Below are positions 1-8,382 of a DNA stretch of 30,169 bases, one piece after another. The first letter of the stretch is position 1; each line of letters starts with the position of its first letter. Origin of the DNA: Verrucomicrobiota bacterium (GTDB lineage: Bacteria; Verrucomicrobiota; Verrucomicrobiia; Chthoniobacterales; UBA6821); contig WBXG01000015.1 of assembly GCA_008932965.1 (NCBI GenBank), forward strand, positions 1-30,169. The letters run 5' to 3'. The notes under the pieces are model-generated. The model saw only the letters and a list, made by a program, of their open reading frames with translations. It had not been told where the DNA came from and did no database searches. Position numbers and translations under genes: made by a program.

Positions 1-227
1 CGAACACCTGATGGATACTGCGTCAGTCTCGAATTGCTCCTCGGGCAGTATGAAACATACAGCCGTCGTCGCAATCCATCACCTTCGTTGACTCGCTCGC
101 TCCCGCTCGTCTCGCCCTTTCAGAGCTGTCTAAAGACAGTCTCCACCGCGGTCTCCCGACCGCCGGTGGTGTCTGCATCAGGATTCGCGGCGCCTCGCGA
201 CGAATCAGTATGAAATATTCGGGCTAG
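1..227. repeat. R183 copy 1 (type-A arm), truncated by the window start; carries an extra ~86-bp GC-rich module at 87..172
   Basis: Positions 1..86 match copy 7 (15048..15133) at 84/86. The right end ...CAGTATGAAATATTCGGGCTAG finishes at 227 in the palindrome GGGCTAGCCC. Confidence 0.9.
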
Positions 228-254
228 CCCGCTCAACTATATTTTTAAAATGCT

Positions 255-1049
255 CTATGGAACTCTCACGGCAACACAATGATGAAGCACTCGATCTGGA
301 GAAAAATGCTCCGTAGAGCGAATCACAATTTCTATTCCTTGATGTTTCACAAAGCCATGTTGAGCTAATTCGGCTCCCAGATCCTGAAATGCTTCTAGCT
401 CCTTAACGAGAAGTTGATCTTGTGAAAGCACAAGGTTGGAACCACCAGGAATCTCAAGAAGGGACATGGGAATGAGGTGCCGTGCTAGTTGAGCAAGTTT
501 GTTATCAGTAGGGGTGAGGGATTGTGAGGCGGCATGTTTTACTTCGAGTTGAATCATGCGTGCCCGTGCTTCCGGACCTACCGACTCGAGGGCATGACTG
601 ATAGCATCTAGGAGGGTATGGCGCACCTCTGAGAGTTCATGGAGCTCTTGCAACTGTTGAAGTGCTTGTGTTTGATGAATAGCCTTTGCAAGAGAGGAGA
701 TCTCTTTGAGGTAGGCATTTTTTTGTGATTCTGGAACAAAATACATCACGACTAATCGCACTGGCTCAGAATCAGGAGAGCCATAACTGATTCCATGTGG
801 ACTCCAACCAACAGAACAAAGCAGTTCTGTATCACGCAAGGTGGAAGCATGAGGGCAAGCCCAACCTTTTCCAATTCCAGTATTATGGAGTTTTTCCCGT
901 GCGATGATTCTTTCAGTGACTTGATCTTCGACTTGAACTTCGGGAATAGCCTCAATTAAAGCAGAGAGAAATTCGAGGGCATCAGTCTTATCGTTATCGG
1001 GTAATTCAACCAATCGACCTTCTTGTAATGCATTAAGGAGAGCTTTCAT
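255..1049 (-). CDS. PTS EIIA type-2 / PtsN-like domain protein with an unassigned C-terminal ~110 aa
   Basis: 264-aa ORF. The N-terminal half has the EIIA(Ntr/Fru)-type phospho-His context HNTGIGKGWACPHA. I do not recognise the C-terminal part. Confidence 0.6.
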   Translation of the reverse strand: MKALLNALQEGRLVELPDNDKTDALEFLSALIEAIPEVQVEDQVTERIIAREKLHNTGIGKGWACPHASTLRDTELLCSVGWSPHGISYGSPDSEPVRLVVMYFVPESQKNAYLKEISSLAKAIHQTQALQQLQELHELSEVRHTLLDAISHALESVGPEARARMIQLEVKHAASQSLTPTDNKLAQLARHLIPMSLLEIPGGSNLVLSQDQLLVKELEAFQDLGAELAQHGFVKHQGIEIVIRSTEHFSPDRVLHHCVAVRVP

Positions 1050-1109
1050 GAAAAAATAGAAAAGTGATATTGAGAATGGGGTGAAGGCAAGGGTGATTCT
1101 GTGATTGTT

Positions 1110-1706
1110 TTACTCCATATGTAGTTTCTTTAACTTGGGTGCGATAACAGCACGACAGTAGGGAGCATTACGATTATTCTGATAATAATTTTGGTGATAT
1201 TTTTCAGCAGGATAAAAATGGGTCAGTGGTTCGATTTGTGTAACAATAGGTTTGGCGAAGCAATCTTGAGCGTTTTTCTTAGAAGCCTCTGCAAGCTTGT
1301 GTTGTTCTGGAGAGGTGGTGAAGATCACCGAGCGATATTGAGGGCCTAGATCAGCCCCTTGTTGATTCCATGTTGTAGGATCATGTGCACGCCAAAAAAG
1401 ATCGAGCAATTGATCATAAGAAATCTTTTTGGGATCATAGGTAATTTCAATAACCTCGGCATGCCCCGTCCCTCCTTCACAGACCTTCTCGTAAGTTGGA
1501 TTTTTACTCGAACCTCCAGCAAAGCCTGATTGGACCGAGATAACTCCTGGGAGTTTTTGAAAAAGAGCCTCCATGCACCAAAAGCATCCTCCTCCCAAAA
1601 CGGCTTGATCCTGATCTTTTGGAGCATTGGGTTCCGTTGCTAGCATGGATGAGATCATAGAAGTAAGAATTGAAGCGACGAGTAAAATTTTTCTGTAGCT
1701 ACTCAT
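1110..1706 (-). CDS. msrA: Peptide methionine (S)-sulfoxide reductase MsrA, probably exported
   Basis: 198 aa. It has the active-site motif GGGCFWCMEA, then GHAEVIEITYDP and YHQNYY. The N terminus is hydrophobic and signal-like (ILLVASILTSMISSMLA). Confidence 0.9.
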   Translation of the reverse strand: MSSYRKILLVASILTSMISSMLATEPNAPKDQDQAVLGGGCFWCMEALFQKLPGVISVQSGFAGGSSKNPTYEKVCEGGTGHAEVIEITYDPKKISYDQLLDLFWRAHDPTTWNQQGADLGPQYRSVIFTTSPEQHKLAEASKKNAQDCFAKPIVTQIEPLTHFYPAEKYHQNYYQNNRNAPYCRAVIAPKLKKLHME

Positions 1707-1872
1707 ACAATCTTTTTTTGGAGAGGGTTTTTTAAATTTTTGTATTTCTATAAATCGAGAGCGCTGGTCATTCTAGGATAAGTCTCAATTTTTGTTAATG
1801 AAAAATGTTGCTCCTCATCATGAGTCATAATCAGATAAGCCAGCCCTGGATTTTTCTTGAAACCTTCTCTGA

Positions 1873-2058
1873 TTAGCCCGAATATTTCACGCTGATCTAC
1901 TACGGAGGTCGGGAGGCAAGAGTGATATGTTGCGCCTAGGCTCGAAGTCTTCCTCGGGAATTAGGAACTCATGCAGCCTTTGTTAGAATTCATCACGTGC
2001 CTTGCCTAATCATCCTTCGCCGCCTCCTCGTCACACGATCAGCAAAATATCCGGCTTA
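1873..2058. repeat. R183 copy 2 (186 bp)
   Basis: Left end TTAGCCCGAATATTTCAC; right end AAAATATCCGGCTTA. The internal box CTCGAAGTCTTCCTCGGG is shared with copies 9 and 10. Confidence 0.85.
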
Positions 2059-2106
2059 ACTTCGAGCTTCCCGACCTACTCAGTAGATTAGTATCAAATA
2101 TTCGAT
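2059..2106. repeat. Extra R183 right-end fragment abutting copy 2
   Basis: GCTTCCCGACCTACTCAGTAGATTAGTATCAAATATTCG resembles the right end of copy 3 (GCTTCCCGTCCTCCGCAGTAGATTAGTGTGAAATATCCGGG). It is also complementary to the copy-2 left arm CTGATCTACTACGGAGGTCGGGAGGC. Confidence 0.65.
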
Positions 2107-2127
2107 TTTACCTTACTGTGCTTCAGC

Positions 2128-3072
2128 ATGATTGCTTTTTATGTCCATGATCTAAGTCCTTTTCTTATCCAGTTTGGAAGTGAATTTGGTCTTCGTTGGT
2201 ATGGGCTCGCCTATATTCTGGCTTTTCTTTTTGGAACGCTGCTCTATCGGCACTTGGCCAAGCGTGGATATTCTGTGCTAACTCCGGATCAAGTGACCGA
2301 TTTTATTACCTGGGGTGCTCTCTTTGGTGTGGTTATTGGTGGACGACTTGGTTACATGCTTTTCTATGATCTAGATGCATTTTTACAAAACCCATTGATT
2401 TTTTTTCGTGTTTGGGAAGGGGGAATGTCTAGTCATGGAGGAATTATAGGCCTCGCTCTTTATTCTCTTTGGTATGCTCGACGTCATCATCTCTCGTGGC
2501 TCAACTTAGGAGATAATCTTGTTGTTGTTGCTCCTATTGGACTCTTCCTAGGACGTTGTGCCAATTTTATTAATGGAGAATTGTTTGGGCGTCCCACAAC
2601 TGTTTTTTGGGCTGTGCAATTTCCTAAGGAACTCGCTTTTCTTCCTCCTGGTTTTGTGGTGGCAACACTGCAGGATACATCAGCCATAAATCCTAAGTTT
2701 TGTACGATTGATGCGGTAGCAGAGGGAGTGCACTCCTCTCCTCAGCTCCACGACTACCTTGCCACTATCCTTACACCCCGTTATCCATCACAATTATTGG
2801 AAGCATTTTTAGAAGGGGTGGTGCTCTTCACTCTTCTCTGGATGCTGCGAACCCGCTGCCGTCTCCCCAATGGTATTCTAACAGGAGTTTTTTTTATTGC
2901 TTATGCGTTACTGCGTATTGCTGGAGAAATCGTTCGCGAGCCCGATGCGCCACTTATTGGTTGCTTCACCCGTGGAGAATTTTTTTCTTTCTTTCTGATC
3001 TTAATTGGAATTGGTTTTATTGCTGCGGCTAAGCTTCAATTACAAAAGACGCAAAAGACAAGTAATGGGTAA
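2128..3072 (+). CDS. lgt: Prolipoprotein diacylglyceryl transferase
   Basis: 314-aa polytopic ORF with RWYGLAYILAF, GGRLGYMLFY, WEGGMSSHGG and GRCANFINGELFGR. Its stop TAA (3070..3072) lies inside the left arm of H element 1. Confidence 0.9.
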   Translation: MIAFYVHDLSPFLIQFGSEFGLRWYGLAYILAFLFGTLLYRHLAKRGYSVLTPDQVTDFITWGALFGVVIGGRLGYMLFYDLDAFLQNPLIFFRVWEGGMSSHGGIIGLALYSLWYARRHHLSWLNLGDNLVVVAPIGLFLGRCANFINGELFGRPTTVFWAVQFPKELAFLPPGFVVATLQDTSAINPKFCTIDAVAEGVHSSPQLHDYLATILTPRYPSQLLEAFLEGVVLFTLLWMLRTRCRLPNGILTGVFFIAYALLRIAGEIVREPDAPLIGCFTRGEFFSFFLILIGIGFIAAAKLQLQKTQKTSNG

Positions 3073-3176
3073 TGGGTGAAAAATAGCACTCTTGGTAAAA
3101 TTGACCTTATATGATGCGGCCATTTTAGTTCGAGCTTGCCGCAGGTAAGAAACTACACTTATTACTCATTACTTTT
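3055..3176. repeat. H element 1 (inverted GTAATGR heptamer arrays)
   Basis: Left arm AAGACAAGTAATGGGTAATGGGTGA (3055..3079). The right arm CACTTATTACTCATTACTTTT (3156..3176) is weaker and degenerate. Confidence 0.7.
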
Positions 3177-3258
3177 TTACTTAGTCTTTTCAAATATTAG
3201 TTTCAAACCAAGAAGCCACTATCTTCCACAATTTACTATTTTCACTTAATAAGAGTTT

Positions 3259-3747
3259 ATGAATATTCGATTGCTGCACGAAGAGGATTGGAGGAGCTGG
3301 AAAGCTTTTAGACATCAAACATTGATTGATTTTCCGTTAGCTTTTTCTATCTCAATGGACGAGGAGGAAAGATTATCAGACCAACAGTTTAAAGATTGGA
3401 TTACAAGAAATACGATCTATGGATCATTTCTGGAAGATCAGATGATTGGATCTGTCGGATTTTTTAAGCTTGATTCCTCTAAAGAGCAGCATCGTGGTGT
3501 TCTCTTTGGAATGAATGTTTTACCTGCCTTTCAACGTCGTGGTCTTGCTGGAGAGCTAATGACGATCGTTCTCAAACATGCAAAAGACCATGTGATGCAG
3601 CTTCATTTAACTGTGGTTAGCTCTAACGAAACAGCAGTACGGCTCTACCAGCGTCATGGATTTAAGATTTATGGGACGGAACCCCGCTCTTTAAAAATAG
3701 AGGGTCATTTTTATGATCATCATCTCATGGTATTATTTTTTAATTAA
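3259..3747 (+). CDS. GNAT-family N-acetyltransferase
   Basis: 162 aa with the acetyl-CoA pocket motif QRRGLAGELM and C-terminal LYQRHGFKIYG. Confidence 0.8.
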   Translation: MNIRLLHEEDWRSWKAFRHQTLIDFPLAFSISMDEEERLSDQQFKDWITRNTIYGSFLEDQMIGSVGFFKLDSSKEQHRGVLFGMNVLPAFQRRGLAGELMTIVLKHAKDHVMQLHLTVVSSNETAVRLYQRHGFKIYGTEPRSLKIEGHFYDHHLMVLFFN

Positions 3748-3784
3748 GATCACTCTTCGCTCATTTCTATCTTCCCGCACCATC

Positions 3785-4492
3785 ATGCTTGAACCTATTG
3801 CTCAACTCCTTATTTTACAAAACACCGATCAGCATCTTCGGGAAGTAACTCAAGCACTTCTTCAACTTCCGCAAGAAAAAATTTCCTGTGAGAAAGCGCT
3901 ACGAGATGCTGATGAGAAGCTTCAATCTATTCGCTCATCTGAGCACCAGATAGAAAGAGAAATTAAAAAAAATGAAGGCGATATTCTTGCAAAGCAAACA
4001 CAGATTGCACGCTATCGCATTCAACAAATGGAGACTCGAAAAAATGAAGAGTATGCTGCCTTCAATCATGAGATTGCTCTTGGAGTAAAAGCCATCACGG
4101 CCTTGGAGGAACAGCAACTCGAGCTCATGGAGAAATGTGCATCACTCCAACCTGAGATTGAGAGAGCTCAAGAAGTCCATGCCATTGAACACAAACGCGT
4201 GAATGCCATCCTTGGTACCATCGATGGTCGCTCAGAAAATTTACTGGTCCGACAACGAGAGTTACAGAATGTGCGGCCTACTCTCACGCTCCCAATTGAC
4301 GAGGATATTTTAGATCGTTATGAGCGACTTTTTAAAAGTAAAAATGGAATGGCCGTTGCCGCCATTGAACATGGTGTCTGCACAGGATGTCATATGCAGA
4401 TGACGACTCAAACGATCCTCTCAGCCAAAGCAGAAAAAGAGATCATGATCTGCCCTCAATGTGGGCGCTTCCTTTATACGGAAGAGGACTAG
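3785..4492 (+). CDS. Coiled-coil C4 zinc-ribbon protein (COG1579-like)
   Basis: I chose the ATG at 3785 because the ORF-track start at 3713 overlaps the GNAT gene. A long heptad-rich region is followed by CTGCHM...CPQCGR. The stop TAG (4490..4492) lies inside the terminal CTAG of R183 copy 3. Confidence 0.7.
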   Translation: MLEPIAQLLILQNTDQHLREVTQALLQLPQEKISCEKALRDADEKLQSIRSSEHQIEREIKKNEGDILAKQTQIARYRIQQMETRKNEEYAAFNHEIALGVKAITALEEQQLELMEKCASLQPEIERAQEVHAIEHKRVNAILGTIDGRSENLLVRQRELQNVRPTLTLPIDEDILDRYERLFKSKNGMAVAAIEHGVCTGCHMQMTTQTILSAKAEKEIMICPQCGRFLYTEED

Positions 4493-4671
4493 CCCGTATA
4501 TTTCATCTCGATTTTGCTGCGGCTTGCGAACACCTAATGGATACTGTGTTGAGCTCGAAGTTTTCCTCTGGCGGTAGGGGGGCCTACAGCCCGTATCACC
4601 TCGCCCGCCATGTACTAATAAGCCTTGCTTCCCGTCCTCCGCAGTAGATTAGTGTGAAATATCCGGGCTAG
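4489..4671. repeat. R183 copy 3 (183 bp), filling the whole spacer between two convergent genes
   Basis: CTAGCCCGTATATTTCAT...GTGAAATATCCGGGCTAG. The arm is a diverged type A (GCGAACACCTAATGGATACTGTG). The apex hairpin is GGCGGTAGG-GGGG-CCTACAGCC. Confidence 0.9.
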
Positions 4672-6674
4672 ACCACTTCGACAGGGCATTCTGGGAGCGC
4701 TTTGAGAAAAGCTTTTCCATACGGTTTGTGAATGACTCGACTATCGAGAATGACAATGGTTCCCCGATCTTGCTTGTTACGAATCAAGCGGCCCACCCCT
4801 TGGCGTAATTTAAGAATAGCCTCGGGCAACGAGTAATCACGAAAGCCATCACCTCCCGTAGCCACAATCTGTTCAAAACGTGCCTCGGTAAGCGGATGAT
4901 CAGGTGTTGCAAAAGGGAGTCGTGTGATCATCACATTGGAAAGGGCCTCTCCTGGAATGTCCACTCCCGTCCAAAAGCTATCTGTGCCGAAAAGCACACA
5001 GGGCTTACCAGAGCGAAATTCCTCGAGCATCCTGGAGCGAGAAAGACCACCTCCTTGAACAAGCAAATTCCATTTTTTCTTATCAAAAAAGGGTTTTATC
5101 ACCGAGGCAATGCTTTGCATGCTTCGGTAGCTTGTAAAAAGAACAAACGTGCGTGCATCGCTCTGCTCGGTAAAATGGAGAATCCATTTTTTTAATGCCT
5201 CTTCATAACCGGGATGACGTGGGTCTGGCATTTGGCCCACAAGATGAATACGCATCTGTTTTTCATAATTAAAAGGAGAGCCAAGCTCTAATCCCTCTAC
5301 CTCGAAGGCACCAATACGCGAGCGAAAATAGTCGAGCTGAGGAGCTCCTGTTGAAAGTGTAGCACTCGTAAGGATAGCACTTGTTTTTTTTGAAAAGAGA
5401 TATTTTTGAAGATGGGATCCCATGTCAACGGGTGCTGCACGAAGTGTGCAGGAGGGGGTTATACGTCCGCTTTTTTCAATCCAATACACATGCTCTTGAA
5501 GATGTTGTTCTAAAAAAGAGAGTAGGCTCTCACTGCTTTGAGAGAGCTGTTTGGCAATATCGTTGAGTTCCACTTGGAGTGGTTCCTCCAGAGGAGCTGC
5601 GATGATCTCGATTAAAATCGCAAGACGATTGAAGCGCTCTATGAGTGCATCCTTGTTTTTTAAAAATGGCAACTGCTCCGGACTACGAATCCGAAATTCA
5701 CGTCCTTGTTTAAAATCACATTTAGAAAGAAGTGATTCAAAAAAACGATCACTCTCCTCGAGAAGCTCGGTGGTTGCTGTGATTGCTTTGGTGGCCTTGA
5801 GTTGTTGAAAAATCCCTTTGTGAGTTCTGGGATGATAGAGGCGATGGAGTAATTGTTTGAGTCCATACTGCGAAAGAGTAATTCCAAAGTGATGCGAGGC
5901 AATCGTCTCAATTGTATGAGCCTCATCAAGGACCACAAAATCATGAGGGAAAAGATATCCGGTCTCCGTTTCACTAGGATCCTCTAAGAGTGTAAAGAAA
6001 AGAGTATGGTTCAGGATTAAAACATCAGCGCTAAGGGCACGTCGTCGGGCTGCTTGATAAAAACAACGTGGATCCTTTCCACACGTTTTTGGAGAGCAGA
6101 GAGAACGATCGCTGCACACTTGAGCCCAAACGTTAGGATCAGGCTCTGGGGAGAGAGAGCTGAGTGTACCATCCCGTGTTGTCTCACTCCAGAGGCGTAT
6201 CCTTTCTAATTCGGGTAAGACATCACCGGAAAAAAGATCCTGGGCATAATGCAGGGCACGATTAAAACGTGCAGGACAAAAATAATTTTGACGTCCTTTG
6301 AGTAGTACAGCTTCAAAAGGAATCCCAAGAATTTTTTGCAAAAGAGGTAAATCCTTATAAAGGAGTTGTTCCTGAAGGGTGATAGTATGGGTGCAAATAA
6401 CCGCTTTTCGCCTGGAGGCAACCGAATGAAGAACAGCTGGAATCAAGTAAGCAAGCGATTTCCCAACACCTGTTCCTGCTTCGACCACAAGATGCGTCTC
6501 CCCTTCAAGAGCTTTGGCAATAGCATGGGCCATTTGAAACTGTTCTGGTCGAGTTTCAAATCCAGAAATTGTAGAAAGCAACCCCTTTTCTCCAAAAATG
6601 GCCACTACCTGATCCACAAGCGAGCTCCCCTTGGAGGTCGATTCGTGTAAATCTATTTTTTTAATAGTGTTCAT
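4668..6674 (-). CDS. dinG: DinG/Rad3-family ATP-dependent DNA helicase
   Basis: 668 aa with Walker A EAGTGVGKS, DEAH box VLDEAH, a Cys-rich Fe-S-type region (FCPARF...CSDRSLCSPKTCGKDPRC) and TSATLS. The stop codon (reverse complement of 4668..4670) lies in the right CTAG of R183 copy 3. Confidence 0.85.
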   Translation of the reverse strand: MNTIKKIDLHESTSKGSSLVDQVVAIFGEKGLLSTISGFETRPEQFQMAHAIAKALEGETHLVVEAGTGVGKSLAYLIPAVLHSVASRRKAVICTHTITLQEQLLYKDLPLLQKILGIPFEAVLLKGRQNYFCPARFNRALHYAQDLFSGDVLPELERIRLWSETTRDGTLSSLSPEPDPNVWAQVCSDRSLCSPKTCGKDPRCFYQAARRRALSADVLILNHTLFFTLLEDPSETETGYLFPHDFVVLDEAHTIETIASHHFGITLSQYGLKQLLHRLYHPRTHKGIFQQLKATKAITATTELLEESDRFFESLLSKCDFKQGREFRIRSPEQLPFLKNKDALIERFNRLAILIEIIAAPLEEPLQVELNDIAKQLSQSSESLLSFLEQHLQEHVYWIEKSGRITPSCTLRAAPVDMGSHLQKYLFSKKTSAILTSATLSTGAPQLDYFRSRIGAFEVEGLELGSPFNYEKQMRIHLVGQMPDPRHPGYEEALKKWILHFTEQSDARTFVLFTSYRSMQSIASVIKPFFDKKKWNLLVQGGGLSRSRMLEEFRSGKPCVLFGTDSFWTGVDIPGEALSNVMITRLPFATPDHPLTEARFEQIVATGGDGFRDYSLPEAILKLRQGVGRLIRNKQDRGTIVILDSRVIHKPYGKAFLKALPECPVEVV

Positions 6675-6717
6675 GAAGGAAGAATCTATTTTGAAAGTCG
6701 TTTAATATTATCGAAAG

Positions 6718-6763
6718 TTAGCCAGGATATTTCATCCTAATCATCTGCGGAGACGGGAAAGTC
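6718..6763. repeat. R183 terminal fragment overlapping the 3' end of dusB
   Basis: TTAGCCAGGATATTTCATCCTAATCATCTGCGGAGACGGGAAAG closely matches the reverse complement of the copy-3 right end (CTAGCCCGGATATTTCACACTAATCTACTGCGGAGGACGGGAAG). Confidence 0.75.
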
Positions 6764-7741
6764 AGATGGAGTCTGCAAAATGAGGGCGGGGCTAGCCTCA
6801 AGAGTTGAAAAAAGTTCTTCTAACTCGATGAGTGAAGAGACACAGGATATTTTTTCGCGTAAGGGGCGTGCTCCTGGAAAGCCTTTGGTGTAGGCCATAA
6901 GACGGGCACGCATGCTAGAGATAGCAAACGCTTCGTTTCCTTTAAAGGCAATTTCTTCCATGCAGTGGCGTCGAATCAGATCACAGCGCTCTTGTAATGT
7001 TGGGGGAATGAATTCCTTGTTACCATCGAGGGCAGCATGAATTTCAGCAAAAATCCACGGATTACTCATAGCTGCACGTCCAATCATGAGTCCTGCCACT
7101 CCTGTTTGTATCAAGTTTAACGCATCCTTTCCTGAGGTAATATCACCATTGCCAATGACAGGAATAGAAACTGCGGTTACGACTTGGGCAATCACCTCCC
7201 AGTCTGCTTTTCCAGAATAACCTTGTGCCTTAGTGCGACCATGGACGGCAAGCCGCTTGATTCCACTTTCTTCAAGGAGGCGCCCTGTGGTGGTGGCATT
7301 GATGGAATGCTCATCCCAACCGATGCGAATTTTTGCAGTGACGGGAAGCGGGGCTACTGCCTTAACCACAGCTACAGCGACTTTTTCTAATGTGGGACAA
7401 TCACGAAGTAAAGAAGAGCCCCCATGACGACAGACTACTTTATTAGCAGGACATCCAAAATTAAGATCAATAAAATCAGGCTGTACCCATTCAACGACCT
7501 GGCGCGCTGCTTCTGCAAGGCGCTCGGGATCTCCTCCAAAGAGTTGAACGCCGAGTGGACGCTCTTCCTCTGTGAACTCAAGGTAGCGTCGTGTTCTCTC
7601 ATTTTTATGCATGATCCCATCAGCAGAAACAAACTCTGTCGTAAGAACCGTGGCCCCTTGTTCTTTGCAAATACGACGAAAAATCGAATTTGTTACTCCT
7701 GCCATCGGAGCTAGGAAGAGAGGGAGTGGCATTAAAGACAT
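6737..7741 (-). CDS. dusB: tRNA-dihydrouridine synthase
   Basis: Motifs LAPMAGVTN, DLNFGCPANKV and AVHGRTKAQ. The start is uncertain: ATG at 7741 or 7732, or TTG at 7750 as in the ORF track. The last 8 codons (DFPVSADD) lie in the R183 fragment. Confidence 0.88.
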   Translation of the reverse strand: MSLMPLPLFLAPMAGVTNSIFRRICKEQGATVLTTEFVSADGIMHKNERTRRYLEFTEEERPLGVQLFGGDPERLAEAARQVVEWVQPDFIDLNFGCPANKVVCRHGGSSLLRDCPTLEKVAVAVVKAVAPLPVTAKIRIGWDEHSINATTTGRLLEESGIKRLAVHGRTKAQGYSGKADWEVIAQVVTAVSIPVIGNGDITSGKDALNLIQTGVAGLMIGRAAMSNPWIFAEIHAALDGNKEFIPPTLQERCDLIRRHCMEEIAFKGNEAFAISSMRARLMAYTKGFPGARPLREKISCVSSLIELEELFSTLEASPALILQTPSDFPVSADD

Positions 7742-7743
7742 TG

Positions 7744-7833
7744 AAGACAAGTAATGGATAATGGGTAATGAGTGATTGAATGTTCGACGTTTTTATGTTT
7801 TGTGCCAGCCACCCATTACCCATTACTCGTTAC
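7744..7833. repeat. H element 2
   Basis: Left arm AAGACAAGTAATGGATAATGGGTAATGAGTGA (7744..7775); right arm CACCCATTACCCATTACTCGTTAC (7810..7833). The arms are inverted copies of each other. Confidence 0.85.
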
Positions 7834-8337
7834 TGGATTGATCACAGATTGATTCAGAATGGAAGAGACCTCTTCTTGTACCTCTAATATATTTTCTAAA
7901 CTGAGCTTAGGATCCTGGATTAGAAATGTCTCCCCGGTGGTAGCATGTTCATACACCAAGACATAGGGTTCTGAAGAGGGAAGTGGCTTCAATACCTTTT
8001 TTCGCTCCAACATCACGGCGAGAATATAGATTGCATTCAGGTTTTTAGTATCCTGAAGGGATAAGAGTTGGCGTAACATCTCCTCTGCATCATTCTTGGG
8101 TAGGGTTTCTGGAGCAGGAGCAGGAGGTAATTCATAAAGAGAACACCACGATGAGAAAGGAACTGGAGAAGCCGGATCTTTTTTCCTCTCTTCCCAAGCT
8201 GCTTCACTTAAGTCCAATCGTTCGTACCCTTCATGAGTAGAAAAAAGAAGTGTATAAAAAAATGCTCCCTCTACAAAGGGTAGCCCCGTTGCCTGGCAGG
8301 TCTTTGAGCGGGATGTGATGTTCCAATCGTAGAGCAT
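7816..8337 (-). CDS. Hypothetical protein (173 aa)
   Basis: Clean ORF with ordinary composition and no family motif I can name. Its stop codon and last codons (..PVTSNG) lie in the right arm of H element 2. Confidence 0.6.
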   Translation of the reverse strand: MLYDWNITSRSKTCQATGLPFVEGAFFYTLLFSTHEGYERLDLSEAAWEERKKDPASPVPFSSWCSLYELPPAPAPETLPKNDAEEMLRQLLSLQDTKNLNAIYILAVMLERKKVLKPLPSSEPYVLVYEHATTGETFLIQDPKLSLENILEVQEEVSSILNQSVINPVTSNG

Positions 8338-8382
8338 AGGAATTTAGAGAAGAGGAGGATTCACAAAAATGGAGAATAACTT

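Noticed and set aside
3128-3141. The 13-nt similarity (TTCGAGCTTsCCG) between the H element 1 loop and the R183 right-end fragment at 2061..2073, as evidence that the two families are related.
   Set aside because: The match is short and similarity does not extend on either side. It could be chance.
3713-3784. The ORF-track start at 3713 for the zinc-ribbon gene, overlapping the GNAT gene by 35 nt.
   Set aside because: The extension (MIIISWYYFLIKITLRSFLSSRTI) has no homology-like character and overlaps the upstream CDS. The ATG at 3785 gives a compact, family-typical protein.
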